Shown here: positions 13,038-22,005 of the stretch, piece after piece | Layout of the letters: each line of letters opens with the position of its first letter | Position numbering within the stretch: position 1 is the first letter of the stretch | Source of the DNA: Exilibacterium sp. | Lineage (GTDB): Bacteria; Pseudomonadota; Gammaproteobacteria; Pseudomonadales; Cellvibrionaceae | Reading direction: 5' to 3' | Assembly: GCA_028280195.1 (NCBI GenBank) | Contig: JANQMH010000079.1 | Coordinates: 50,452 to 74,451 of the forward strand | Length of the DNA stretch: 24,000 nucleotides | Program-made: the position numbers and the translations under genes | The notes under the pieces: generated by a model | What the model was told of the DNA's origin: nothing | The model's input: only the letters and a program-made list of their open reading frames with translations | The model's database searches: none

Positions 13038-15206
13038 ATGGGCATGCAAAAGCCTGTTCTCCTGGCGCTTACCCAGGTACTTTTACTGCTGTTGACCAGC
13101 GTGACTTTACACCCGCTGCCGGCGCAGGCGGCAGATCAGCAGCGGCTCTCTGTCGAGGATCTGTTGTCGCTGCCGGCCATTAGCCAGTACCGGGTGAACG
13201 GCAACGATGTGGCCTGGGTGGAACGCGAGCGGCAGTCCTGGAACCTGTATGTCGCCCGCGCTCCCGAGTTCACTGCCAGGCGCCTGACCCATTTTCTGCA
13301 GGACGACGGCGCGGCGCTGAATATCGTCGGATTTGGGGCGCGGGGTGAAATCTTTTTCACCCGCGGGCGTGCGGGCTTCAATCCGAGCCACGATCCCGCG
13401 CCGGTCACCGTGGGTCTGTACTCCGCGACCGAGGGCCGCAACTCCGCGAAGTTATTACTGGCCGACATCTCCGAGGGTTTCCAGGCTGCGCTGGTCGCCG
13501 GCGACGGCAGATCGATCCTGTTTGCACGCCAAGGCGATGTTTACCGCTACACGCCGCAGCGATCGCGCAATACCCCCAGCCGCCTGTTTCAGGTGCGCGG
13601 GACCATCTCGGCCATGCTGCTCTCACCCGATGGACGGCGCCTGGCGTTCGTGTCGGACCGCTCGGTGTATCAACGCGGCAAATACAGCTTCGTCGGGGTT
13701 TACGATATGGATGCCGGCACCATCACCTATATGGCACCCGGCCTCGGCATGGATCAAAACCTCACCTGGTCACCTGACAGTAAACGACTCGCGTTTGTAC
13801 GCTTTGGCTACGAGCCACGCACCTGGCGCTTCTCCCACCACCGTGAAGGTGCGCCCTTTGATATCGTGGTGGCCGACGCCGCCACCGGTGAGGGCGGCGC
13901 GGTATTTACCTCGCAAGTCGGCTACGGGGCGCGTTTTCACGGTTTCGGTGCAAGCGGCTACTCCGGCCTGGGGGGCTCATACAGCTTAATCTGGCTGTCC
14001 AACGACGAGCTGTTGTTTCCCTATGAGAAGACCGGGTGGAAGCAGTTCTACGCCGTCCCGGCCGACGGCGGTTCGGTGCGGGCCGTCACCAGCGGCGCTT
14101 TCGAGATCAATGGCGCGCGCCCGTCAAGCGATCGAACACGGGTGTACTACTGGGCAAATTCGGAAGAAGATCTGGCGCGCCTGGGCCTTTATTACCTGGA
14201 CGTGTCCGCGGGGCTGCGGCCAGTCCCCGTGCCCACCGGCGGCCCGGGAGATATGCCCTTCAATGCACTGCCGCTGGCGGCGGGAGGCTTTGTCTATAAA
14301 ATGGCCGGGCCGCGGCAACCGACGCGGCTGCGGGTCCGCACTGCCGACGGCAGGGATAAGCCAATCAGCAGCCGGCACCAACTCTCAGCTGCCGCCATCG
14401 GGCAATTGCCGGCGCCGCAAGCCGTGTATTTTACCTCACGCGACGGCATGCGCATTCCGGCTGTGCTCTACCAGCCGGCCGGGCCCAAAGGCGAGCGATC
14501 GCACCCGGTCATCGTGCACTCGCACGGTGGACCGCGCTCCCAGGTCTACCCGGTATGGAATGCCGGCTTCGGTTACCGCACCGTGCTGCCCTATTTTGCC
14601 AGCAAGGGCTACTACGTCTTGTCGGTGAACTTCCGCAGCGGCACCGGTTACGGCCTCGATTTTCGCGAACCGGACAGTTACGGTGGGCGCGGCGCCGGCG
14701 ATGTGGAGGATTTTTTGGCCGCGGCAGACTATCTCGTCAATACCTACCCCGCCATCGATCCCGAGCGCCTGCTGATTTACGGCCATTCCTACGGCGGTCA
14801 TAACGTCACCAACGCCCTGGCGCGTTCCGACAAATATGCCGCGGGTATCAGTTCCGCCGGGGTCGGCGACTGGGTGGTGGAGATGGAGAAAGACTTTCGC
14901 GAGACACTGCAATTCAATATTCCCCAACGCCTGCTGCTGGAGCAACAGGCGCATCAGTCATCCGCCATTGCGAGCATTGACCAGTGGGGCGATGAACCCA
15001 TTTTATTTCTCCACGGCGACAATGACCGCTCGGCGGCCCTGCAGCAGAGCCTGGAGCTGTATCTGGCGTTAAGGCGCCGGGGCAAAACCGCCGAAGCCGT
15101 GATATTTCCCGGCGAGTCGCACGGCTTTCACACCTTCAAGGCCCGGCAACAATATATGCGGGCGGTTGAGACTTTCGCCGACAAGTACATCGGCGGCATA
15201 CGCTGA
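13038..15206 (+). CDS. Secreted/periplasmic S9-family serine peptidase (beta-propeller N-domain plus prolyl-oligopeptidase/acylaminoacyl-peptidase-type alpha/beta-hydrolase domain)
   Basis: 722 aa, GAGGAA SD. Signal peptide: MGMQKPVLLALTQVLLLLLTSVTLHPLPAQA/AD. TolB/DPP-like propeller repeats are present (LSPDGRRLAFVSDR, WSPDSKRLAFVRF). The catalytic domain has the GHSYGG nucleophile elbow, FLHGDNDRS (Asp) and FPGESHGF (His). It is convergent with the NRPS gene, 13 nt between the stops. Confidence 0.9.
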   Translation: MGMQKPVLLALTQVLLLLLTSVTLHPLPAQAADQQRLSVEDLLSLPAISQYRVNGNDVAWVERERQSWNLYVARAPEFTARRLTHFLQDDGAALNIVGFGARGEIFFTRGRAGFNPSHDPAPVTVGLYSATEGRNSAKLLLADISEGFQAALVAGDGRSILFARQGDVYRYTPQRSRNTPSRLFQVRGTISAMLLSPDGRRLAFVSDRSVYQRGKYSFVGVYDMDAGTITYMAPGLGMDQNLTWSPDSKRLAFVRFGYEPRTWRFSHHREGAPFDIVVADAATGEGGAVFTSQVGYGARFHGFGASGYSGLGGSYSLIWLSNDELLFPYEKTGWKQFYAVPADGGSVRAVTSGAFEINGARPSSDRTRVYYWANSEEDLARLGLYYLDVSAGLRPVPVPTGGPGDMPFNALPLAAGGFVYKMAGPRQPTRLRVRTADGRDKPISSRHQLSAAAIGQLPAPQAVYFTSRDGMRIPAVLYQPAGPKGERSHPVIVHSHGGPRSQVYPVWNAGFGYRTVLPYFASKGYYVLSVNFRSGTGYGLDFREPDSYGGRGAGDVEDFLAAADYLVNTYPAIDPERLLIYGHSYGGHNVTNALARSDKYAAGISSAGVGDWVVEMEKDFRETLQFNIPQRLLLEQQAHQSSAIASIDQWGDEPILFLHGDNDRSAALQQSLELYLALRRRGKTAEAVIFPGESHGFHTFKARQQYMRAVETFADKYIGGIR

Positions 15207-15219
15207 GCGGTAACGGGCC

Positions 15220-18200
15220 CTAGTCCACCCGCGCTGCCGCGCGCCGGCGCAGCGCGGCCCGCCGGCGCAGGGCCGCTGCTTCCACACCCTGCTCTGCCGG
15301 CCTCTCCGCTGTCGCCGCGCCAGCTCCGTTATCGATGCGCCCGGCCAGGGCGGCAATAGTCGGATAGCGGAACAGGTCGAGCACCGACAGCGAGGACTGC
15401 AGCCGCTGCTGCAGCAGGCGATGTACGCGAATCAGCTGCAGGGAATGTCCGCCGAGATCGAAAAAGTTGTCGCCGGCACCAACCTTGTCAGCCCCCAGCA
15501 CCTCCGCCCAGATAAGCGCCAGCGCCTCGGCGGTTTTACCGGCCGGCGCCTGATATCGGGGCCGGGCGGGCACGCCCGGTGCCGGCAGCGCCTGGCGGTC
15601 CACCTTGCCGTTGCTGTTCAGCGGCAGTCTGCCCAATACCACAATTGCCGCGGGCCGCATGTAATCCGGCAGGGCGCCGCCCAGCGCCGCCTGCAGTCGC
15701 GACACCGCCACTGCAGCGGTATCCGGCGCGCTCACATAGGCGACCAGCTGCGCATCCGCGCCGTCATTGACAGCGACGACCACAGCTTCGGCAACTTCGG
15801 GCTGGGCGCGCAGCAGCGCTTCGATTTCACCGAGTTCGATCCGAAAACCGCGGATCTTCACCTGCTGGTCAGTCCGCCCCAGGTACTCCAGCTGCCCCGC
15901 AGTATTCCAGCGCACCAGATCGCCGCTGCGATACAGGCGCTCGCCCGGCGCAGCGGTGCCCGACGCGACAAAGCGCTGCGCAGTCAACGCAGGACGCTGC
16001 CAGTAACCGCGCGCCAGCGCCATGCCCCCCAGGTACAGTTCGCCGGCCACACCGCGGGGCACCGGATTGAGTTCACTGTCCAACACCTGCATGTTTACGC
16101 CCGCTATCGGCCTGCCAATAGGCACGGTCAGTGCGTTGTGGTCGCGGCAGTCCCAGCAGCTGACCTCGATGGCCGCCTCGGTCGGACCGTACAGATTATG
16201 CAGAGTCGCCTGTGGAAACAGCTGCAACGCCCTCTGCTGCAGGCCGGCCGGCAGCGCCTCGCCGCTGCATATGACCCGCCTCACCTGCGGGCGGGCGTCG
16301 AGATCGCCGTGATTGACCAAGGCCTGCAGCATCGACGGCACGAAGTGAATGGTAGTGACCCGATGCTGTTCGACCAGGGCCTGCAAGCGGTCCGGGTCCC
16401 GGTGCTCCCCCGGGCCGGCCAGGGCGAGTACCGCACCGCTGCTGAGCGGCCAGAAAAATTCCCAAAACGAGATATCGAAACTGAACGGTGTTTTCTGCAG
16501 CACGACGTCGTCCCGCTGCAATGGCCAGTGGCGCTGGCCCCAGCACAGCCGATTGCACAGCGACCGGTGGCGATTGCCGGCACCTTTGGGCCGCCCGGTG
16601 GAGCCGGAGGTATAGATCAAATACACCAGGTTATCGCCGTGCAGCGGCGGCGCCGGATTGTGGTCGGGTGCCCGGGCCATTTCCAGTGTTTCCAGCGTTT
16701 CGACCGGCAATACCTGCGCCGCCGCGCCGGGCATGCGGCCGCGCAGCCGGTGCTGCGTCAACAGCAGCGCCGCGCCGCTGTCGCGCAGCATGTAAGTGAT
16801 ACGATCGGGCGGGTATTCGGGATCGATCGGCACATAGGCGCCCCCGGCCTTCATGATTGCCAGCAGGCTCACCACCAGTTCGACGCAACGCTCCATTATC
16901 ACCGCCACGCGGGACTCGGGCCCTATACCCATTTGCATCAGCTGATGGGCGAGGCGATTGGCCCGGGTATTCAATTCCCCGTAGCTGACGTTGACGGCGC
17001 CAAAACACAGTGCGATCGCATCGCAGTGCCGCAGCGCCTGCTGCTCGAACATTCGATGGACGATACCGTCAGTGACACAGGCCGGATGGTTGCGCCCCCA
17101 GGCTGCGATATCGGCATGCTCGCGGCGACTCAGTAAGTCGACGTCGGCTAAAGCGGTGTCGGGCCGGGTTGCCATGGCCTCTAATACCGCCCGGTAATGC
17201 TCGCCCAGGCGCGCCGCGGTCGCCGCCTCGAATAATTCCCTCGCATAGGTCAAACTGATGTCGGCAGTGCCGTCCGGCCGCTCGAAAACATCCACTGCCA
17301 GTTCAAACTGTACCGCCTCGGGCGCGATCGGTTCCGCCTGTACCGACAGCCCGGTCATAGTGTGCAGGGCGCGGTAGTCCAGCCGCAGGTGGTTGAACAG
17401 CACCTGAAACAGCGGACTGTGGCTGAGGCTGCGGTCGGGCTGCAGGGCTTCCACCAGTTGTTCGAAGGGCAGATCCTGGTTGGCCTGGGCACCGCGTAGA
17501 TCTTTGCCGGCAGCGGCCAGCACCTGGGCCAGGCTGCGGCGGCCGTCGATACGATTGCGCAGCACCAGGGTGTTGACAAAAAAACCTACCACACCCTGGG
17601 TTTCGGCACGGGTGCGATTGGCCACCGGTACTCCGATACGTACATCCTGCTGGCCGGTATAGCGATACAGCAGCGATTGAAAACCCGCCAGCAGTACCGT
17701 AAACAGCGTTGTCGCGCTGGCGTCGGCCAGGCGCTGCAGTGCCGACAACAGCTCGACCGGCAGCGCAAAAGTATGGCGGGCGGCCCGGTAGTGGGCGACG
17801 GCCTGGCGCGGGTGATCGCTGGCGAGGGACAACAGCGGGTGCTCGCCACCCAGCCGCTCGCGCCAATAGGCCAGCTGGCGGTTGCGCCCTCCCCGCTCGA
17901 GCCACTGCCGCTGCCATACGGCATAGTCGGCATACTGTATCGGCAACGCCGGTAAAGCCGGCTCTGTCGCGTTTACCACTGCCTGATATCGCAGCGCCAG
18001 CTCATCCAGCAGAATCTGCATCGATACACCATCGGCAATAATGTGGTGTACCACCATGGCCAGGATATGGATGTTGTGTGCCACTCGAATCAGGGCCGCC
18101 CGCGCCAGCGGACCCCGGGCCAGATCAAAAGGCTCGGCATTGAGCCGGCGCAGCGCGGCGGCCAGCTGTGGCTCGGCATCCGTCACAGCCTGCAAATCCG

Positions 18201-20517
18201 TAAACTGTAACGGCAAATGCCCCCGCGCTTGAATATGTTGTGTCACATCACCGCCCGCGCCGGTGATGAACAGCGTGCGCAGCGACTCATGCCGCTGGGC
18301 CAGGCCGTCGACCGCAGCGGCCAGCGCCGCCCGATCAAGGGTTCCGGTCAGGCGCAGCGCGCACTGAATATGATAGGCGGTACCGGCCGGATCGAGCTGC
18401 CAGAGAAACCACTGCCGCTGCTGGGCATGGGACAGCGGCAGCGGCTGGTCGCGCTGAGCCAGTGCCGGCATGGGGGCGGACAATTTGGGCTGGCGCGAAC
18501 TGTTCGCCAGGCGGCTGCGAATCTGAGCGGCACACTGTGACAGCCGCGGAAACTCAAACAGACTGGCAACGGGGAAGTCCACCTGCCAGTTTGCCTGGAT
18601 AGCAGCTGCAGCCTGAGTGGCGGCCAGCGAATTGCCACCGGCGGCAAAAAAATGTGTCTCCTCGCTGATGGCGCTGACTTCGCTCTGTTTCAGCGCAGCG
18701 GCCCAGATTAGTGCCAATGCCTGCTCCAGCGTATCGGGCCCGGCCGGCCCGGTGGTTTGCGCCGGCGCCGGCCCACCCTTGCTGTAGCGGCCAAATGCGT
18801 AGACAGCATAGGCATCGAGGGTATCGTCCTGCCATCCCTGGCGGCAGGCGCGGCGCTGCAGTTTGCCGCTGGAGGTCCTGGGCAGCGCGCCGGGATTGAG
18901 CAGCACCACCACCGCCGCCGATTCACTGCAGGCACTGGCAACCGCGCTGCAAAGCGCCTCCACCAGTTTGTCCACCGGCACCAGCTTCTGCAGGCCGCGG
19001 GAGACCTCTGCGGCTATGCCGATGCCTTCCCCGCCGGCAGCATTCACCGCGAAGGCGGCGACACGGCCTTTGCGCACCGCGTCTACCTCATTTTCAACCA
19101 GCCGTTCGATATCCTGCGGGTAGAGGTTCTGACCGCGCACGATAATCAGATCCTTCAGGCGGCCGGCGATATAGAGCTGCCCTTGATAGCAAAAACCCAG
19201 GTCTCCGGTTTTCAACCAGACCCTGTTGTGCCGCTCGACAAATGTCTCCGCAGTTGCGGTCGGCCGGTTCCAGTAGCCTCTGGCAACGCTGGGGCCATTG
19301 ACCCAGATTTCACCCACGCTGCCGTTATCGTCCATGGTGTCGCCCGGGCTATCGCCAATGCTTACCCGGTGATCCGCAACCACCTCTCCACAGGCCACCA
19401 GCACGCTGCCGCCCGGCTCGGGGACAATATCACCGCGCCGCAGGGCCTTTTCCGCAAAAGCCGTTGCGATCATACCTGCCCCCCGCTTGGCGGCGGTGAC
19501 CAGCAGGGTCGCCTCGGCCAGGCCGTAACATGGATACAGGGAAGTGGCTGCAAACCCCACACCGGCGAAACGCTCACGAAACGTTTGCAGGGTATCGCAG
19601 CGCACCGGTTCCGCGCCCGAAAAGGCGACGCGCCAACTGGCGAGATTCAACTCGGCGAGCTGAGCATCCCTGACACGATCAATGCACAGGCGGTAGGCAA
19701 AGTCCGGCCCGCCGCTAATACTGCCGCTGTGGCGCGAGATCGCCTGCAGCCAGCGCGCCGGCCGCTCGAGAAAAAACTGCGGTTTCATCAGCACCACCTT
19801 GGCGCCGCGATAAATGGGCTGCAGCAGGCCGCCTATCAGCCCCATATCGTGAAAAAGCGGTAACCAGGAAACAAAAACATCGTCCTTTGTAATGGAAAAA
19901 GCCCTTGCCATCGCTCTTTGATTGGCCATCAAATTAGCGTGCGAGACCATTACCCCTTTGGGTGCAGCGGTGGAACCGGAGGTATACTGCAGAAACGCCA
20001 GGGCATCACCGCCGGGCGACTGCGGCAGCCATTGTTCGGCCTCGATCGCATCGATGCTGTCGACGGCAATCCAGTCGATATCGCCAAGTCCCTGCAGCGC
20101 AGGGCCGGTTGATTGCGCCAGGTCGCCGCTGGTCAGAATACAACGGGTCCCGGCGTCTGCGACAATAGCGCTCAGGCGCGCGATATGTTGCCGCCGGGCG
20201 GACTCCGGCGGAAACACCGGCACTGCAATTATGCCGGCATAAAGGCAGGCAAAAAAAGCCACTACATAGTGGTCGTCGTTTTCCAGCAGCAGCAGTGCCC
20301 GCTCCCCGGCTTTGAACCGCTGCTGCAGCACCGCGGCCAGAGCGCGCACGCGCGTATCCAGTTGCCGGTAGGTAACTGCGGTGTCGACCGGCGTTCGGTC
20401 GCGCTCAACGACCACCACCAGAGCGGTATCCTGCGGCCTGACTGTCGCCAGCATGCGCAGATGGGTCACAAAATTGACAGGTAAATCTGTTTGCTCATCT
20501 GCTTTAGCGTTCATCAC
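15220..20517 (-). CDS. Non-ribosomal peptide synthetase initiation module: FAAL-T-C-A-T (1765 aa), with no E or TE domain
   Basis: FAAL-type ligase, aa ~20-575 (nt ~18793-20460): FLQYTSGSTAAPKGVMVSHANLMANQ, YGLAEATL, TGDLGF..GRLKDLIIVRGQNLYPQDIE. T1, aa ~595-668: FFAAGGNSL, Ser630 at nt 18628-18630. C domain, aa ~690-1125: HHIIADG at nt 18028-18048. A domain, aa ~1150-1645 (nt ~15583-17070): LIYTSGSTGRPKG, FSFDISFWE, NLYGPTE, GELYLGGMALARGY, YRSGDL, GRTDQQVKIRGFRIELGEIE, NSNGKVD. T2, aa ~1660-1728: FFDLGGHSL, Ser1692 at nt 15442-15444. The start is GTG 20517 or ATG 20514, overlapping the upstream TGA stop. Confidence 0.97.
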   Translation of the reverse strand: MMNAKADEQTDLPVNFVTHLRMLATVRPQDTALVVVVERDRTPVDTAVTYRQLDTRVRALAAVLQQRFKAGERALLLLENDDHYVVAFFACLYAGIIAVPVFPPESARRQHIARLSAIVADAGTRCILTSGDLAQSTGPALQGLGDIDWIAVDSIDAIEAEQWLPQSPGGDALAFLQYTSGSTAAPKGVMVSHANLMANQRAMARAFSITKDDVFVSWLPLFHDMGLIGGLLQPIYRGAKVVLMKPQFFLERPARWLQAISRHSGSISGGPDFAYRLCIDRVRDAQLAELNLASWRVAFSGAEPVRCDTLQTFRERFAGVGFAATSLYPCYGLAEATLLVTAAKRGAGMIATAFAEKALRRGDIVPEPGGSVLVACGEVVADHRVSIGDSPGDTMDDNGSVGEIWVNGPSVARGYWNRPTATAETFVERHNRVWLKTGDLGFCYQGQLYIAGRLKDLIIVRGQNLYPQDIERLVENEVDAVRKGRVAAFAVNAAGGEGIGIAAEVSRGLQKLVPVDKLVEALCSAVASACSESAAVVVLLNPGALPRTSSGKLQRRACRQGWQDDTLDAYAVYAFGRYSKGGPAPAQTTGPAGPDTLEQALALIWAAALKQSEVSAISEETHFFAAGGNSLAATQAAAAIQANWQVDFPVASLFEFPRLSQCAAQIRSRLANSSRQPKLSAPMPALAQRDQPLPLSHAQQRQWFLWQLDPAGTAYHIQCALRLTGTLDRAALAAAVDGLAQRHESLRTLFITGAGGDVTQHIQARGHLPLQFTDLQAVTDAEPQLAAALRRLNAEPFDLARGPLARAALIRVAHNIHILAMVVHHIIADGVSMQILLDELALRYQAVVNATEPALPALPIQYADYAVWQRQWLERGGRNRQLAYWRERLGGEHPLLSLASDHPRQAVAHYRAARHTFALPVELLSALQRLADASATTLFTVLLAGFQSLLYRYTGQQDVRIGVPVANRTRAETQGVVGFFVNTLVLRNRIDGRRSLAQVLAAAGKDLRGAQANQDLPFEQLVEALQPDRSLSHSPLFQVLFNHLRLDYRALHTMTGLSVQAEPIAPEAVQFELAVDVFERPDGTADISLTYARELFEAATAARLGEHYRAVLEAMATRPDTALADVDLLSRREHADIAAWGRNHPACVTDGIVHRMFEQQALRHCDAIALCFGAVNVSYGELNTRANRLAHQLMQMGIGPESRVAVIMERCVELVVSLLAIMKAGGAYVPIDPEYPPDRITYMLRDSGAALLLTQHRLRGRMPGAAAQVLPVETLETLEMARAPDHNPAPPLHGDNLVYLIYTSGSTGRPKGAGNRHRSLCNRLCWGQRHWPLQRDDVVLQKTPFSFDISFWEFFWPLSSGAVLALAGPGEHRDPDRLQALVEQHRVTTIHFVPSMLQALVNHGDLDARPQVRRVICSGEALPAGLQQRALQLFPQATLHNLYGPTEAAIEVSCWDCRDHNALTVPIGRPIAGVNMQVLDSELNPVPRGVAGELYLGGMALARGYWQRPALTAQRFVASGTAAPGERLYRSGDLVRWNTAGQLEYLGRTDQQVKIRGFRIELGEIEALLRAQPEVAEAVVVAVNDGADAQLVAYVSAPDTAAVAVSRLQAALGGALPDYMRPAAIVVLGRLPLNSNGKVDRQALPAPGVPARPRYQAPAGKTAEALALIWAEVLGADKVGAGDNFFDLGGHSLQLIRVHRLLQQRLQSSLSVLDLFRYPTIAALAGRIDNGAGAATAERPAEQGVEAAALRRRAALRRRAAARVD

Positions 20518-21548
20518 CCATCCTCACCCGCAAAGCCGCTGAAATTATCGTGGGGCCCGGCCATGGCAACCACCACTTTGCGCTCACCGGTAAAAGGCGT
20601 GCGCCCGTGAGCCACCAGCATATTGTCCAGCATCAGCACATCGCCCGCCCGCCAGGGGAAGGTAACCGTCTGTTGCGCCAGCACACAGCGGATGTCTTCG
20701 AACACACTGTCGGCAATGGCGCTGCCGTCGGCGTAGTAAACATTGCGGGGAACATTTTCAATACCGAGCAGTTCCTCCAGCATCTCCCGCACCTCCGTTT
20801 GCTGACTGGAAATATGGAAAAGGTGAGCCTGATTGAACCACACGGCCTCGCCGCTCGACGGGTGGCATTCGATTCCCTGGCACAGCTGCCGGGTGCGTAA
20901 ACCACCGTCGGTTTTCCATTGCCACTGGATACCGGTTCTGCGGCAATAAGCCTCCACTTCCGTCCTCGAGTCGGTGTTGAACACCTGCTGCCAGGGCACA
21001 TCGAAATCACCATAGTTGCGCACATAGAGCAGGCCGCGGCGAAAGCGTTCGCGAATGGCTGCCGGTATCTGCCGGTAGACAGCGCGACTGTCGGCAATCG
21101 GCGTTTCGCCGCCCGTTGCCGCCGGTCTCACACAGTGAAACCAGAGTTTCATCGCCCACTCCCGCGTATAGGCCTGCTCGTTATGCAGCGGGATATGCTG
21201 GTGGGCAGGGTATTCAGTAGAGGTATAAACACCGCCTGATACGCGGGTACGCGGAGTGGAACCAAAGTCATAGTTGAGCAGGGGGTGTCCGAAAGCAGCG
21301 GCAAAATTCTGGAAGTCTGTGACGGATGGCACAGCGAAGCCCCTGAGCAATGCCGCGCCCACACTGGCGATCGCCTTTTCGATATGCGGCTGCAGAGCGG
21401 CGAAAGCAGCGCTCAGAGGTTGACCTGCCTCTGAGGGTGTAATCAGCACCGGCAACTCAGATCCCGGCGGCGCGACAAGTCTGTAGTCGCCGCCCTGCGG
21501 TCGCAATGCCGGCTCGGGGACAGGCACATCCTGGGTTGTACTCATCAT
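20514..21548 (-). CDS. TauD/TfdA-family Fe(II)/2-oxoglutarate dioxygenase, SyrP-like (putative hydroxylase of a carrier-protein-bound amino acid)
   Basis: Start placed at ATGATG 21548/21545, just downstream of GGGGGAGAGAG; the track ORF from 21593 adds 15 aa. Sequence: GAALLRGFAV..VTDFQNFAAAFGHPLLNYDFGSTPRTRVSGGVYTSTEYPAHQHIPLHNEQAY (H-x-E facial-triad position)...GGETPIADSRAVY...DNMLVAHGRTPFTGERKVVVAMA (distal His and Arg). The stop overlaps the NRPS start. Confidence 0.85.
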   Translation of the reverse strand: MMSTTQDVPVPEPALRPQGGDYRLVAPPGSELPVLITPSEAGQPLSAAFAALQPHIEKAIASVGAALLRGFAVPSVTDFQNFAAAFGHPLLNYDFGSTPRTRVSGGVYTSTEYPAHQHIPLHNEQAYTREWAMKLWFHCVRPAATGGETPIADSRAVYRQIPAAIRERFRRGLLYVRNYGDFDVPWQQVFNTDSRTEVEAYCRRTGIQWQWKTDGGLRTRQLCQGIECHPSSGEAVWFNQAHLFHISSQQTEVREMLEELLGIENVPRNVYYADGSAIADSVFEDIRCVLAQQTVTFPWRAGDVLMLDNMLVAHGRTPFTGERKVVVAMAGPHDNFSGFAGEDG

Positions 21549-21634
21549 CTCTCTCCCCCTTGCCCGGAGATCGCGGCGCACCGGCTCTTGCACAGGGCAG
21601 GCAAAGCAGTTTTCTGGTAAAGACGACTGCGAGC

Positions 21635-21916
21635 TTATTGCCCAACCTCAGCGATTTCGCCGGCAGGGTTATGAGGGGATGTCGCGGATTTATTGGCGGC
21701 CTGCTCGTCCATCCATTTGCGCAGTGACAGTGGCCGCATATCTGTCCAGGCTTTCTCTACGTAATCCAGAACGGTTTTCTTGTCGCCCTTGACACCTTCG
21801 ACCACCGTCCATCCCCCCGGCACCGACTTCCAGTGAGGCCAGATAGAATATTGCTCTTCGTGGTTGATAAGAACGATGAAAGTCTCGTCTTCGCGGTCAA
21901 AACAACTGCTTGTCAT
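21635..21916 (-). CDS. mbtH: MbtH-like protein (NRPS adenylation-domain chaperone)
   Basis: FIVLINHEEQYSIWPHWKSVPGGWTVVEGVKGDKKTVLDYVEKAWTDMRPLSLRKWM contains the three invariant Trp residues and the N-x-E-x-QYS-x-WP and WTDMRP-x-SL signatures. At 93 aa it carries a ~20 aa C-terminal tail beyond the usual core. GCGAGG SD. Confidence 0.95.
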   Translation of the reverse strand: MTSSCFDREDETFIVLINHEEQYSIWPHWKSVPGGWTVVEGVKGDKKTVLDYVEKAWTDMRPLSLRKWMDEQAANKSATSPHNPAGEIAEVGQ

Positions 21917-21981
21917 GGGTATAACCTCGCTTTGATTAGATAAGCGCCCAAAGGGTGACTTATCGGCTTCTAAATGACATG

Positions 21982-22005
21982 ACGAACGAGGCTGCGAAGA
22001 ATTTA
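21982..22005 (-). promoter_or_regulatory. PvdS-type iron-starvation (IS) box promoter, TAAAT-N16-CGT, upstream of the mbtH-hydroxylase-NRPS operon
   Basis: The minus strand reads TAAAT TCTTCGCAGCCTCGTT CGT, with TAAAT at 22005-22001 and CGT at 21984-21982. It lies about 66 nt upstream of the mbtH ATG. The flanks are paralogous to the box at 1964-1987. Confidence 0.55.

Noticed and set aside
12908-13183. 91-aa + strand ORF overlapping the S9 peptidase start, plus the 13107-13468 (-) and 13333-13989 (+) ORFs
   Set aside because: They are out of frame or antisense relative to the peptidase gene. That gene has a strong SD, a signal peptide and a catalytic triad.
15421-17136. 571-aa ORF on the + strand. 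The same applies to 18757-19863 (368 aa), 17709-18041, 16488-16799 and others inside the NRPS region.
   Set aside because: These are antisense shadow frames of the NRPS gene. They are Arg/Ala/Gly/Pro/Gln-rich low-complexity translations with no recognisable motifs. The opposite strand carries a complete, motif-perfect FAAL-T-C-A-T protein. Long open antisense frames are expected in high-GC DNA.
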